Below are positions 28,124 through 37,758 of a DNA stretch of 64,000 nucleotides, piece after piece. Position 1 is the stretch's first letter, and the number at the start of each line of letters is the position of its first letter. The stretch is from an uncultured Gemmatimonadales bacterium (lineage in GTDB: Bacteria; Gemmatimonadota; Gemmatimonadetes; Longimicrobiales; RSA9). The notes beneath the pieces are model-generated. The model did not search any database. It was not told the origin of the DNA and worked only from the letters and a program-made list of their open reading frames with translations. Location of the stretch: the NCBI GenBank assembly GCA_963783305.1, contig CAWAMW010000011.1, positions 64,001 through 128,000 of the forward strand, given 5' to 3'. The translations under genes and the position numbers were made by a program.

Positions 28124-30523
28124 ATGAATCGGCACGCGCTGCGGGTCCTCGAGTTTCCTGCCGCCCTGGACGTGGTGGCCCGCCGGGCGACGAGCGAGCT
28201 GGGCAAGGCGGCCGTGCGCGCGCTGGAGCCCCGGTCTGACCGCGGCTGGCTGATACGGGAGCTGGCGCGGGTGGATGCCACCATGTCGCTGGTCGAGCGA
28301 ACGGACGGGTGGGCGATCCCGGCCATGCCGGAGCTGCGGCTGGAGCTCAAGCGACTGTCGAAGCCCGGCTCCTTCTGGGACGAGCGCACCCTGCTCGATG
28401 GGGCACGGCTGCTGCGCTCGAGCGCGGCCACCCACGAAGCTCTCGATCCACACATGGAGGAGCTGCCGGCGCTGCGTCCCATGACGGACCGACTGGTGCG
28501 GCTGGACGATCGGGCGGAGGCCATCGAGCAGGCGATCGACGAAGGCGGTGAGGTACGGGACTCGGCCAGTCCCGAGCTGCGCCGGATTCGACGGGAGCTC
28601 CGGGCGCAGCGGAGCACGATCGTCGAGCGCCTCGAGCGGTTCATGGCGTCCCTCCCCGACGGCCATCGCGTGGAGGACGCTTCGGTGAGCGTACGCGACG
28701 GCCGGTACGTGGTGCCCGTCCGCCGGGAGGGTCGGAAGCAGGTGGGCGGGATCGTCCACGACGAGTCCGCCACCGGCGCCACACTGTTCGTAGAACCGCC
28801 CCTCGCCCTCGACCTGATGAACCGCGTTCGGGAGCTGGAGATCGCGGAGACCCGCGAGGTGCGCCGGATCCTCGAAGAGCTGACCGGATCACTCCGGCCG
28901 CATGCGGAAGCGATGGCCGACGCGCTGGACGCCCTCGTCGCCCTCGACTCCCTTTACGCCCGCGCGCGCTACGCCCTGGAGCACAACGCCGTCTGCCCTG
29001 CGCTCTCTGAGGACGACCGCGACTACGAGGTGGTCGCCGGCCGGCACCCGGTGCTCCTGGAGAGCGACCGTGCGGTGGTCCCTTTCGACCTCCACCTCGA
29101 GCCCGGAGAGCGGACGCTCGTCGTGTCCGGCCCGAACACCGGGGGAAAGACCGTGCTCCTCAAGGGGATCGGGCTGATCAGCCTCATGACGCAGGCGGGG
29201 ATCGTCCCCCCCGTCGCCCGCGGGAGTCGGCTGCCGGTGTTCGACGACGTCTTCGCCGACATCGGAGACGAGCAATCCATTGAGGCCAGCCTCTCCACCT
29301 TTTCCGCCCACCTGGGGAACCTGAAGGAGATCGTGGCGGACGCCGGGGGCCGCGCGCTGGTCCTCATCGACGAGATCGGGAGCGGAACGGACCCGGCGGA
29401 GGGCGCCGCACTGGCCCGTTCGATCCTGGTGGAGCTCACGGGGCGCGACACCCTCACCGTCGCTTCGTCGCACCTGGGGCAGCTCAAGCTGCTGGCGGGC
29501 GACGTAGGCGGTGTGGTGAACGCGTCCCTCCAGTTCGACGCGCAGGAGCTCCGGCCCACATATCGCCTGCTGAAGGGGGTTCCCGGGCGCAGCTATGGCC
29601 TGGCCATCGCGCGGCGGCTCGGGTTCCGCGATTCGGTGATCGATCGGGCCGAAGACTACCTCCCGAAGGGGGAGCGCGACGTGAGCCAGCTGATCGCGGA
29701 GCTCGAGTCCAAGGAGCGCGAGCTCTCCGAATCGGTGAATGATGTGGCGCGCGAGCGCGCTGCCGCAGCGGAAGCGCGTGGCGACGCGGACGCGCTCCGA
29801 GCCGAGCTGGAGTCGCGGCAGCGCGAGGTCCGGCGGAGGGAGCAGGACGCGGAGCGGCGGTCGCGTCAGCAGGCGCGTGACCTCCTGCTGAACGCACGGC
29901 AGGAGGTGGAGCAGGCGATCGCCGACCTCCGGGCGGTGGTCGAGCGAGGTGGAGACGCGGCGGCGTTCGAGGAGGCCGCGAAGGAGGCCCGCCGGCGGGT
30001 GGAGCAGGCGGCGACCCGCCAGGCGGAGCGGGCGCCGGACGCTCCGGAGGCCGATCGGCCTCCGCCGGCGCTCGAGCCGGGCGCGTCCGTCCGGGTGGCG
30101 GCCACGGGTGCCCGTGGGACCGTCGTGGAGGTCCGGGACGACCGGGCCACAGTGGAGATCAAGGGGCTGCGCCTGGACATGAAGGCCGCGGATCTGGAGC
30201 CCACGGCGGAGCCGGAGAAGCAGGAGAAGGATCCGCGCACGGGCCGCTCCGTGGGAGGCTGGAGGGGGCCGGCCGTGCGGGCGTCCACGGAAGTCCACTT
30301 GCGGGGGCTCCGGGCCGAGGAGGTGGCCACGACCCTGCACCCGGCGCTGGACGCTGCGATTCAGGCTGGGCTCCCGAGCCTCACGATCGTGCACGGGAAG
30401 GGCGCGGGCATCCTCCGTGACGTCGTGGCCGAGCTGCTGGACCGTGACCCGCGCGTCCACAGCTATCGACCGGGTGAGATCGGGGAGGGCGGGTCGGGTG
30501 TGACCGTAGTGGAGCTCGAATGA
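28124..30523 (+). CDS. mutS2: Endonuclease MutS2 / ribosome collision factor
   Basis: LRVLEF, VHDESATGATLFVEP, GPNTGGKT, DIGDEQSIEASLSTFSAH, coiled coil, KOW, Smr HGKGAG. Confidence 0.95.
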   Translation: MNRHALRVLEFPAALDVVARRATSELGKAAVRALEPRSDRGWLIRELARVDATMSLVERTDGWAIPAMPELRLELKRLSKPGSFWDERTLLDGARLLRSSAATHEALDPHMEELPALRPMTDRLVRLDDRAEAIEQAIDEGGEVRDSASPELRRIRRELRAQRSTIVERLERFMASLPDGHRVEDASVSVRDGRYVVPVRREGRKQVGGIVHDESATGATLFVEPPLALDLMNRVRELEIAETREVRRILEELTGSLRPHAEAMADALDALVALDSLYARARYALEHNAVCPALSEDDRDYEVVAGRHPVLLESDRAVVPFDLHLEPGERTLVVSGPNTGGKTVLLKGIGLISLMTQAGIVPPVARGSRLPVFDDVFADIGDEQSIEASLSTFSAHLGNLKEIVADAGGRALVLIDEIGSGTDPAEGAALARSILVELTGRDTLTVASSHLGQLKLLAGDVGGVVNASLQFDAQELRPTYRLLKGVPGRSYGLAIARRLGFRDSVIDRAEDYLPKGERDVSQLIAELESKERELSESVNDVARERAAAAEARGDADALRAELESRQREVRRREQDAERRSRQQARDLLLNARQEVEQAIADLRAVVERGGDAAAFEEAAKEARRRVEQAATRQAERAPDAPEADRPPPALEPGASVRVAATGARGTVVEVRDDRATVEIKGLRLDMKAADLEPTAEPEKQEKDPRTGRSVGGWRGPAVRASTEVHLRGLRAEEVATTLHPALDAAIQAGLPSLTIVHGKGAGILRDVVAELLDRDPRVHSYRPGEIGEGGSGVTVVELE

Positions 30524-32322
30524 TCCCGGACCGCGTAGTCGAGGAGGTCCGTGACCGGGCCGACATCGTCGAGGTGATCGGGGAGCACATCTCGCTCAAG
30601 CGGTCCGGGAAGGAATTCAAGGCGCTCTGCCCGTTCCACAACGAGAAAACGCCTTCGTTCTACGTGGTCCCCGGCAAGGGATTCTACAAGTGCTTCGGCT
30701 GCGGCGAGTCCGGGGACGTCTTCAGCTTCCTGATGACCCAGGCGGGGCTCTCCTTCAACGAGGCGGTGGAGAAGCTCGCAAGCCGTTTCGGAGTGGAGAT
30801 CCCGCGCGAGGAGGCCCGGCCGGAGGATGACGCCCTGAAGCCGTTCCGGGAGGCGGTGGCCTTCGCGGCGGACTTCTACGAGCGCATGCTGCGCGACGAG
30901 GAAATCGGGCGGGGCGCGCGCCGCTACCTCGAGGAGCGCGGCATCACCATGGAGGCCGCCGACCGGTTTCGGCTCGGCTACGCGCCGGACGAGTGGCGGT
31001 CGCTCCGCGAGGCGGCGCACCCCCACGGCTTCGACGACGCAGTGCTGGAGACCGCAGGGCTCATCAAGCGGAGCGAGAAGATGCCGGAGCCGTACGACCG
31101 GCTCCGCGACCGGCTGGTATTCCCCATTACCGACGTGCGCGGTCGCGTCATCGGCTTCGGCGGCCGGCTCATGTCCGGCGACGCGGTTGGACCCAAATAC
31201 CTCAATTCGCCCGAGACCCCCCTGTACCACAAGGGGAGCGAGCTGTACGGGCTCCACTGGGCGAAGGGAGCGATCCGCCGGGAAGAATCCGCACTGGTCG
31301 TTGAGGGGTACATGGACTACGTTTCGCTGGCTGCACGGGGCGTGGAGAACGTGGTGGCGGCGTTGGGTACGGCCATGACGGAGGAGCAGGCGCGGCTGGT
31401 CACCCGCTACGCGGGCCAGATCCTGCTCCTCTACGACAGCGACGCGGCCGGGCTGCGGGCCACGTTCCGGAGCGGGGACGAGATCCTGCGCGCCGGCGGG
31501 CACCCGATGGTGGTGACGCTGCCGCCGGGAGAGGACCCGGACTCGGTGGCGCGGAAGGGCGGTCGTGAGGCGCTCACGCCCTTCCTCGACGACGCCGTGG
31601 ACGTGCTGGAGCGAAAGCTCCAGATCCTCGAGGAGCGCGACTACTTCGAGGACGTGGAAGGGGTCCGCAAGGCGCTCGATGGCCTGCTGCCCACGCTGCG
31701 CGCGGCGAAGGACGCCACGCTCCACGACATTTACGTGGACCGCGTGGCGAAGCGGACGGGGGTGCGGGTGGAGACGCTGGAGGCGGAGATCAGGGCGGCA
31801 ACGCCCTCGCCGCAGAGGGCGGTCTCGCAGAGAGTGGAGCCGAAGGCGGCGCCGGCGCCCAGGGACAGCGCGGAGCGGCTCCTGCTGCTCCTGCTGGTCC
31901 GGGATCCGCGGCGGCTCCAGCAGATTACGGAGCTCGTGCGGCCCGAGGACCTGCGGGGCGGGACCAACCGGGCGCTGTTCGCCGCACTGGTGGCGCACGT
32001 GGAGGCGGGCGGGACGGAGATCGAGCCGCTGGAGGTGCCCGAGGGAGCGCGGGCCCTGCTGGAGGAGCTACGGGGGGAGAAGACGGAGGTATCGGACCCG
32101 GACCGGAACTTCTGGGAGCAGGTGGGGCAGATCCGGCTGCGGTCGCAGCTGGATCGGTGGGAGGAGCTCAACGAGCTCCTGAAGCGGGCGGAGGAGCCGG
32201 ACAGGATGGCGCTGTACAAGGAGTTGACGGCGCTGAAGAAGGAGTTGAAGGGTCAGTCGTCGCAGCTGGAAAAGCTCGGGTCGAAGACCGTGAACCGGTT
32301 TCGCCGGCATCTGAAACGCTGA
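30520..32322 (+). CDS. dnaG: DNA primase
   Basis: CPFHNEKTPSF..CFGCG zinc finger, KYLNSPET, TOPRIM VEGYMD / YDSDAAG. Confidence 0.97.
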   Translation: MIPDRVVEEVRDRADIVEVIGEHISLKRSGKEFKALCPFHNEKTPSFYVVPGKGFYKCFGCGESGDVFSFLMTQAGLSFNEAVEKLASRFGVEIPREEARPEDDALKPFREAVAFAADFYERMLRDEEIGRGARRYLEERGITMEAADRFRLGYAPDEWRSLREAAHPHGFDDAVLETAGLIKRSEKMPEPYDRLRDRLVFPITDVRGRVIGFGGRLMSGDAVGPKYLNSPETPLYHKGSELYGLHWAKGAIRREESALVVEGYMDYVSLAARGVENVVAALGTAMTEEQARLVTRYAGQILLLYDSDAAGLRATFRSGDEILRAGGHPMVVTLPPGEDPDSVARKGGREALTPFLDDAVDVLERKLQILEERDYFEDVEGVRKALDGLLPTLRAAKDATLHDIYVDRVAKRTGVRVETLEAEIRAATPSPQRAVSQRVEPKAAPAPRDSAERLLLLLLVRDPRRLQQITELVRPEDLRGGTNRALFAALVAHVEAGGTEIEPLEVPEGARALLEELRGEKTEVSDPDRNFWEQVGQIRLRSQLDRWEELNELLKRAEEPDRMALYKELTALKKELKGQSSQLEKLGSKTVNRFRRHLKR

Positions 32323-32341
32323 GGGAGCCAAGAGGAGGATA

Positions 32342-33049
32342 ATGCAGGAGACTTACCAGGCACTGCTCGATCTTCAGGATCTGGACGAAAAGGTTTCGCA
32401 GGCGCGGGAGCAGGTGCGGCAGTTCGAGCCGCAGCTGGAGGAAATCGAGGCGCCGCTGGAGGCCGCCGAGTCGGATGTGGGGTCGGTCCGCAAACGGCTG
32501 GACGAGATGAAGGCCGACGTGCGCCGACTGGAGCGTGGAGCGGACGACAAGCGGGCGCAGCTGGCGAAGTACGAGGCTCGCCTGGAGCGGGTGCGAAACG
32601 CCCGGGAGGAGGCGGCCGCGAAGGCCGAGATCGACCTGATCTCGAAGGCCGTGGAGGCGGACGAGTCCGATTACATCAACCTCGCGGACCAGATCAAGCG
32701 GACCGAGCTGAAGCTGGACGAGCTCGAGAAGAACCTGGAGGCGCTGAAGGAAGACGCGGCGCCGCGCCGCACGGATCTCCTGGCGAAGAAGGACGAGGCC
32801 GAGTCGCAGCTCAAGGTGCTGGCGGACCAGCGGCAGAACAAGCTGGTGCGGCTGAACGAGCCGGCGGCCCGGCTGTACGAGAGGATCCGTGGCGGCAAGA
32901 CGCGCGTCGCACTCGCCGAGCTCACCCCTGATGGCGCGTGCGGCCACTGCTTCAGCATGATCCCGATCCAGGAGCGCAACGAGATCAAGCGAAAGGCGGC
33001 GCTCCACCGCTGTGAGGCGTGCGGCGTCATCCTGTACGCCGGGGAGTGA
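32342..33049 (+). CDS. Coiled-coil protein with C4 zinc ribbon (DUF164, CT398/HP0958-like)
   Basis: LLDLQDLD, long coiled coil, LYERIR, CGHC...CEACGVIL. Confidence 0.88.
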   Translation: MQETYQALLDLQDLDEKVSQAREQVRQFEPQLEEIEAPLEAAESDVGSVRKRLDEMKADVRRLERGADDKRAQLAKYEARLERVRNAREEAAAKAEIDLISKAVEADESDYINLADQIKRTELKLDELEKNLEALKEDAAPRRTDLLAKKDEAESQLKVLADQRQNKLVRLNEPAARLYERIRGGKTRVALAELTPDGACGHCFSMIPIQERNEIKRKAALHRCEACGVILYAGE

Positions 33050-33088
33050 GGCCGCGTTGACCGCAGGTCCGCGGCCTTTCGCCGTTAC

Positions 33089-34825
33089 GTGAAGACGGTA
33101 CCGCCCCTGGCCCGCCGATGGATCGCGGCGGCGGCTCCGTCGGCGGAGGCGGTAGGGCGGCTGCACGCCGAGTTGCGCCTGCCTGAGCCGCTGTGCCGGC
33201 TCCTGGCCGCCCGTGGCTACGACACCCCGAGCTCCGCCCGCGCGTTTCTCCGCCCTTCCATCGACCTCCTGCACGACCCCGGCCTCCTGGCCGACATGGG
33301 CCCCGCGGTGGCACGTATCCGTGCCGCCATCGACGCCGGCGAGACCATCCTCGTCCATGGCGACTACAATGTGGATGGCATGTGCGCCACCGCCCTCTAC
33401 ACGCGCGCGCTGCGCCGCATGGGAGCCCGCGTGGTCCCGTTCGTCCCGCACCGGATGCGCGATGGATACGACCTCGGGCCGGGCGGAATCCGCCGCGCGG
33501 CGGAGGTCGAGGCCGGGCTCATCCTCACGGCCGACTGTGGCATTGTCGCCCATGAGGCCGTGGCCGCGGCCGCGCAGGTGGGTATGGACGTGATCGTCAC
33601 GGACCACCACTCGCCCGCCGCATCGCTGCCGCCCGCCGTGGCGGTGGTGAACCCGCGGCGCGCGGACTGTGGCTATCCCGACCCGTCGCTCTCAGGGACC
33701 GGCGTAGCGTTCAAGGTGGTCCTCGCGCTGGCGCGATCGTTCGGCCGCCCGGACGAGGAGACGCTCTACTACCTCGACCTGGTGGCGCTGGCCACGGTGG
33801 CGGACGTGATGCCGCTTCGGGGCGAGAACCGGGTCATGACGCGCTACGGACTGCGTGTGCTGGCGGAGACACGCAACGACGGGCTGCGTGCGCTGGTCCG
33901 GAGCGCCGGTCTCGAAGGGAAGACGCTCGGCGCCGGGCACCTGAGCCACGGGTTGGCGCCGCGCCTGAACGCCGTCGGTCGACTGGACGACGCGGGGCAG
34001 GGACTCCGTCTGCTGCTGGCCGGGGCCGAAGAGGAGCCCATCGATGCCGACGCGCTGGCCGCCGAGCTCGAGACGGTGAATGCCCGAAGGAAGGCCGTGG
34101 ATCGGGAGATCCTGGAGCAGGCGCTGGAGCTCCTTTCCGAGTACGACCCCGCCCGCGACCGCGGTGTGGTGCTCGCCCGGCAGGGCTGGCACCCCGGTGT
34201 CATCGGGATCGTGGCTTCCCGGGTAGTGGAGCGGATCCATCGGCCCACGGTTCTCATCTCTCTCCCCACCGACGGGGGCCTCGCCCGCGGCAGTGCGCGT
34301 TCGATCTCCGGCTTCGACCTGCTGGACGCCATCCGGTCATGCGGCGACCACCTGGAGCGGTTTGGCGGCCATCGCGCGGCGGCAGGATTCGACATCCGGC
34401 CGGACCGGATCGAGGCGTTTCGTGCGGCGTTCGCGACGGCGTCGCGGGAGCGGCTCGAGGACGCGCCGGTCCCGGAGCTCCGGATCGATGTGGACCTCCC
34501 GCTGGCAGAGGTCACGCCGGATCTCGTCCGCTACATGGTGCACGCCGGCCCATTCGGGATGGGCAACCCGACGCCCGTCTTCGCCTTCCGCGGAGTGCGC
34601 GCGGCGGCCGTACGGACCGTGGGCTCCAAGGGCGCGCACCTGAAGCTCCGGATCGTGGACGGGGATGCAACGCTGGACGGGATCGGATTCCGGATGACGG
34701 AGACACACGGCGCGCTGGCGCGGTCCGGCGAGCCGCTGGATGTGGCCGCGCGGCTCGAGGAGGATAGCTGGAACGGGCGCAGTCGCCTGCAGGCGAAGCT
34801 CGTGGACCTGCGACCGGCCCGCTGA
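33089..34825 (+). CDS. recJ: ssDNA exonuclease RecJ (motif-I variant DYNVDG)
   Basis: DHH motifs HGDYNVDG, TADCG, TDHH, TVADVMPL..NR, PRLNAVGR, FGGH..AAG. Confidence 0.95.
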   Translation: MKTVPPLARRWIAAAAPSAEAVGRLHAELRLPEPLCRLLAARGYDTPSSARAFLRPSIDLLHDPGLLADMGPAVARIRAAIDAGETILVHGDYNVDGMCATALYTRALRRMGARVVPFVPHRMRDGYDLGPGGIRRAAEVEAGLILTADCGIVAHEAVAAAAQVGMDVIVTDHHSPAASLPPAVAVVNPRRADCGYPDPSLSGTGVAFKVVLALARSFGRPDEETLYYLDLVALATVADVMPLRGENRVMTRYGLRVLAETRNDGLRALVRSAGLEGKTLGAGHLSHGLAPRLNAVGRLDDAGQGLRLLLAGAEEEPIDADALAAELETVNARRKAVDREILEQALELLSEYDPARDRGVVLARQGWHPGVIGIVASRVVERIHRPTVLISLPTDGGLARGSARSISGFDLLDAIRSCGDHLERFGGHRAAAGFDIRPDRIEAFRAAFATASRERLEDAPVPELRIDVDLPLAEVTPDLVRYMVHAGPFGMGNPTPVFAFRGVRAAAVRTVGSKGAHLKLRIVDGDATLDGIGFRMTETHGALARSGEPLDVAARLEEDSWNGRSRLQAKLVDLRPAR

Positions 34826-35352
34826 TGCGCATCATCGCCGGCCGCTGGCGCGGCCACGGGATCCAGGCGCCACCGGACGACCGCACCCGCCCCACCACCG
34901 ACCGGGTCCGTGAAGCGTGGATGAGCATGATGCAGTCCGCCATCCCGGGCGCCCGGGTGCTGGACCTCTTCGCCGGGTCGGGAGGACTCGGCCTCGAGGC
35001 CCTCTCCAGGGGTGCCCGGCACGCGACCTTCGTGGAGAAGGGCGGCCGCGCCCTCAGGACGCTGCGCTCGAACATCCAGAAGCTGGAGGCGGCGGCCGAG
35101 ACCACCGTCGTCCGTGGCGACGCGCTGGAGTTCGCCGAGAAGGTCGAGCGAGGCGAGTACGAGATTGTCCTGGCCGATCCTCCCTATGACTCCGGTGCCG
35201 CCGAATCGCTGGCGCGCCTCTTTCTCCGCCGGCCCTTCGCCGACATGCTGTGGGTCGAGCATCGCGTGTCCGACGTGCTGCCGGAGGCCGAGGGCTCCGA
35301 GACCCGGCGCTACGGCGACACCCTCATCACCTACTACCTGGCCCCCCAATGA
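34825..35352 (+). CDS. rsmD: 16S rRNA m2G966 methyltransferase
   Basis: MRIIAG, RPTTDRVRE, LDLFAGSG, EALSRGA, DPPY. Confidence 0.96.
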   Translation: MRIIAGRWRGHGIQAPPDDRTRPTTDRVREAWMSMMQSAIPGARVLDLFAGSGGLGLEALSRGARHATFVEKGGRALRTLRSNIQKLEAAAETTVVRGDALEFAEKVERGEYEIVLADPPYDSGAAESLARLFLRRPFADMLWVEHRVSDVLPEAEGSETRRYGDTLITYYLAPQ

Positions 35353-35852
35353 CCAAGCCACGCCACTCCGCCGCCATCTACCCCGGCTCTTTCGACCCGA
35401 TCACGCGCGGGCACGAGGACATCGTGCGCCGGACGCTCACGTTCTGCGAGCGCGTGACCGTGGCGGTCGGGCACCGGGCCACGCAGCCGAAGGCCGGGCT
35501 CTTCAGCATTGAGGAGCGCGTGGCCATGATCGAGCATGTCTTCGCGGACGAGGAGCGGGTCGAGGTGGCCGCGTTCAGCGGGCTCCTCGTCGATTTCGCG
35601 AGTGAGCGGGACATCCACCTCATCGTCCGCGGTCTGCGGGCCGTCTCCGACTTCGAGTACGAGTTCCAGATGGCCCTCATGAACCGCAACCTGAACTCTG
35701 ACATCGAGACGCTGTTTCTGGCGCCCGACGCACAGTACTCCTACCTGTCCGCTTCACTGGTCCGCGAGATCGCGGCGCTGGACGGGGATGTGAGTAACTT
35801 CGTGACGCCGCACGTCCAGGCGCAGCTCACTGAGAAGCTGAAACCAACATGA
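35349..35852 (+). CDS. coaD: Phosphopantetheine adenylyltransferase
   Basis: [33 protein letters not shown] overlap. Confidence 0.97.
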   Translation: MTKPRHSAAIYPGSFDPITRGHEDIVRRTLTFCERVTVAVGHRATQPKAGLFSIEERVAMIEHVFADEERVEVAAFSGLLVDFASERDIHLIVRGLRAVSDFEYEFQMALMNRNLNSDIETLFLAPDAQYSYLSASLVREIAALDGDVSNFVTPHVQAQLTEKLKPT

Positions 35853-36850
35853 GCGCTTTTCTGGATAGCATTGCGGAGCGCGCCCGGGCGAACCCGCGGC
35901 GCATCGTATTTCCCGAGGGTCACGATCCTCGCACCATCGCTGCGGCCGTACAGCTCCGGAACGAGGAGCGGGTGGTGCCGCTCGTGCTCGGCCCGGCGGA
36001 GGCCGTGGGGGCCGCGCTGTCGGAGGCCGGCGCACCCTCCGACATCGAGGTCTACGACCCGGCGACGGACAGCCGCCACGACGCCTTCGTCGCCACCCTC
36101 CTCGAGCTCCGCAGGGACCGAGGGCTGACCGAGGACGAGGCGGCGCGATGGGCGCGCGACCCCCTCATCTTCGGCGCGCTCATGGTGCGCGCCGGCGAGG
36201 CTGCGGGTTCCGTGGCCGGCGCGGATCACCCTACCGGCGACATCATCCGGGCGGCCATCCGTTGCGTCGGGCTCCAGCCCGGGATCGCTACGGTCTCGTC
36301 CACCTTCTACATGGTGTGTCGTCCGTTCCGCGGCGGCGCGGCGGAGGAGGAGGTCCTCTCGTTCACCGATGGCGCCGTGGTTCCCGATCCGGACGCCCGT
36401 CAGCTCGCCGATATCGCCCGTGCCTCGGCCGAGGCGCGCCGGAAGATCGTGGGGGATGAGCCGGTGGTGGCCTTCCTCTCATTCTCCACGAAGGGGAGCG
36501 CCGACCACGAGCGGGTGGACAAGGTCCGGCAGGCCCTCGCGTACTTCCGGGAGGCGGAGCCGGACGTGCGCGCGGATGGCGAGATGCAGGTGGACGCGGC
36601 GCTGATCCCGGAGATCGGCCGGAGCAAGGCCCCGGGGTCGCCGGTCGCGGGTGAGGCGAACGTGCTGGTGTTCCCGGACCTGGACGCGGGCAACATCGCG
36701 TACAAGCTGGTGCAGCGGCTGGCGGGCGCAGAGGCCATCGGACCGCTGCTCCAGGGTCTGGCCCGCCCGTGCAATGACCTGTCGAGGGGTGCCACCGCCG
36801 CCGACATCGTCGCGGTGGCCAGTCTCACGGCATTGCAGGCGGGGTCCTGA
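35849..36850 (+). CDS. pta: Phosphate acetyltransferase
   Basis: [43 protein letters not shown]. Confidence 0.95.
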   Translation: MSAFLDSIAERARANPRRIVFPEGHDPRTIAAAVQLRNEERVVPLVLGPAEAVGAALSEAGAPSDIEVYDPATDSRHDAFVATLLELRRDRGLTEDEAARWARDPLIFGALMVRAGEAAGSVAGADHPTGDIIRAAIRCVGLQPGIATVSSTFYMVCRPFRGGAAEEEVLSFTDGAVVPDPDARQLADIARASAEARRKIVGDEPVVAFLSFSTKGSADHERVDKVRQALAYFREAEPDVRADGEMQVDAALIPEIGRSKAPGSPVAGEANVLVFPDLDAGNIAYKLVQRLAGAEAIGPLLQGLARPCNDLSRGATAADIVAVASLTALQAGS

Positions 36851-36852
36851 GG

Positions 36853-36868
36853 CGGCACTTTTCTTGCC
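36853..36868 (+). promoter_or_regulatory. sigma-54 (-24/-12) promoter upstream of the STAS gene
   Basis: CGGCACTTTTCTTGCC: GG (36854-55), N10, GC (36866-67), matching TGGCAC-N5-TTGC. Confidence 0.7.
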
Positions 36869-36912
36869 CCACCAGCGACGGGATACTCAACCAAACGAGA
36901 GAGAGAGGCACG

Positions 36913-37245
36913 ATGGGCTTCGAAGTGACGAAGCAGGACGATGTGACCATCCTGGACGTGGAAGGCCAGCTGATCGTAGGCAACCGACAGGAGCTGAAGC
37001 AGAAGGTGCTCGAAGAGCTGGAGAACGGGGAGCGGAAGTTCCTGATCGACTTCGACCGCACCGGCTACATCGATTCGTCGGGCCTCGGCGTGCTGGTCAG
37101 CCTGTCGAAGAAGATCCGGGAGCAGGGGGGTGAGCTCCGGCTCGCGAACCTGAACGAGGATCTTCGCACGCTCTTCGAGCTCACCAAGCTCGACACACTG
37201 TTCCAGATCTCCAACAGCCGGGACGAAGCGCTCTCGTCCCTCTGA
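36913..37245 (+). CDS. STAS-domain anti-sigma factor antagonist (RsbV/SpoIIAA-like)
   Basis: YIDSSGLGVLV phospho-Ser motif, GGELRLAN, FELTKLD. Confidence 0.93.
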   Translation: MGFEVTKQDDVTILDVEGQLIVGNRQELKQKVLEELENGERKFLIDFDRTGYIDSSGLGVLVSLSKKIREQGGELRLANLNEDLRTLFELTKLDTLFQISNSRDEALSSL

Positions 37246-37320
37246 CCTACCGTGGCGGCGGGCGGCCCGGTTACGTTTGTACCGGCCCACCCCCACGCGC
37301 GTTAGGAGATCTGGAAGCCT

Positions 37321-37758
37321 ATGGAGTCCCGACACGTACTGGAGCTCCCGAACGACCTGGGCGCCATCGAGCGCAGCGTGGACTACCTCCTCGACCGCTG
37401 CCGTGATGCCGGGTTCGACGAGAGCCGTCTGCGGCTGAACTTCAGGGTGGGCGTCGCCGAGGCGCTCGCCAACGCCATGATGTACGGCAACAGCCGCGAC
37501 CCCGCGAAACACGTCAAGCTGGAGGCGTGGTGCGCGCCGGAGCGTGTCCGTATCCGCATCACCGACCAGGGCAGCGGCTTCGACCCCGCGGATCTCCCCG
37601 ACCCCACCTTGCCGCAGAACCTGAACCGGTCACGGGGCCGCGGCGTTTTCCTGATCCGCGAGCTGATGGACGAGGTGGCCTTCAACGACCAGGGCAATTC
37701 CGTGGACATGGTCCTATTCGCGCACCAGCCGGAGAACGGACGCGAGGCCGCTTCATGA
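37321..37758 (+). CDS. RsbW/SpoIIAB-like Ser kinase / anti-sigma factor
   Basis: EALANAMMYGN, DQGSGFD, PDPT, GRGVFLIRELMD. Confidence 0.9.
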   Translation: MESRHVLELPNDLGAIERSVDYLLDRCRDAGFDESRLRLNFRVGVAEALANAMMYGNSRDPAKHVKLEAWCAPERVRIRITDQGSGFDPADLPDPTLPQNLNRSRGRGVFLIRELMDEVAFNDQGNSVDMVLFAHQPENGREAAS

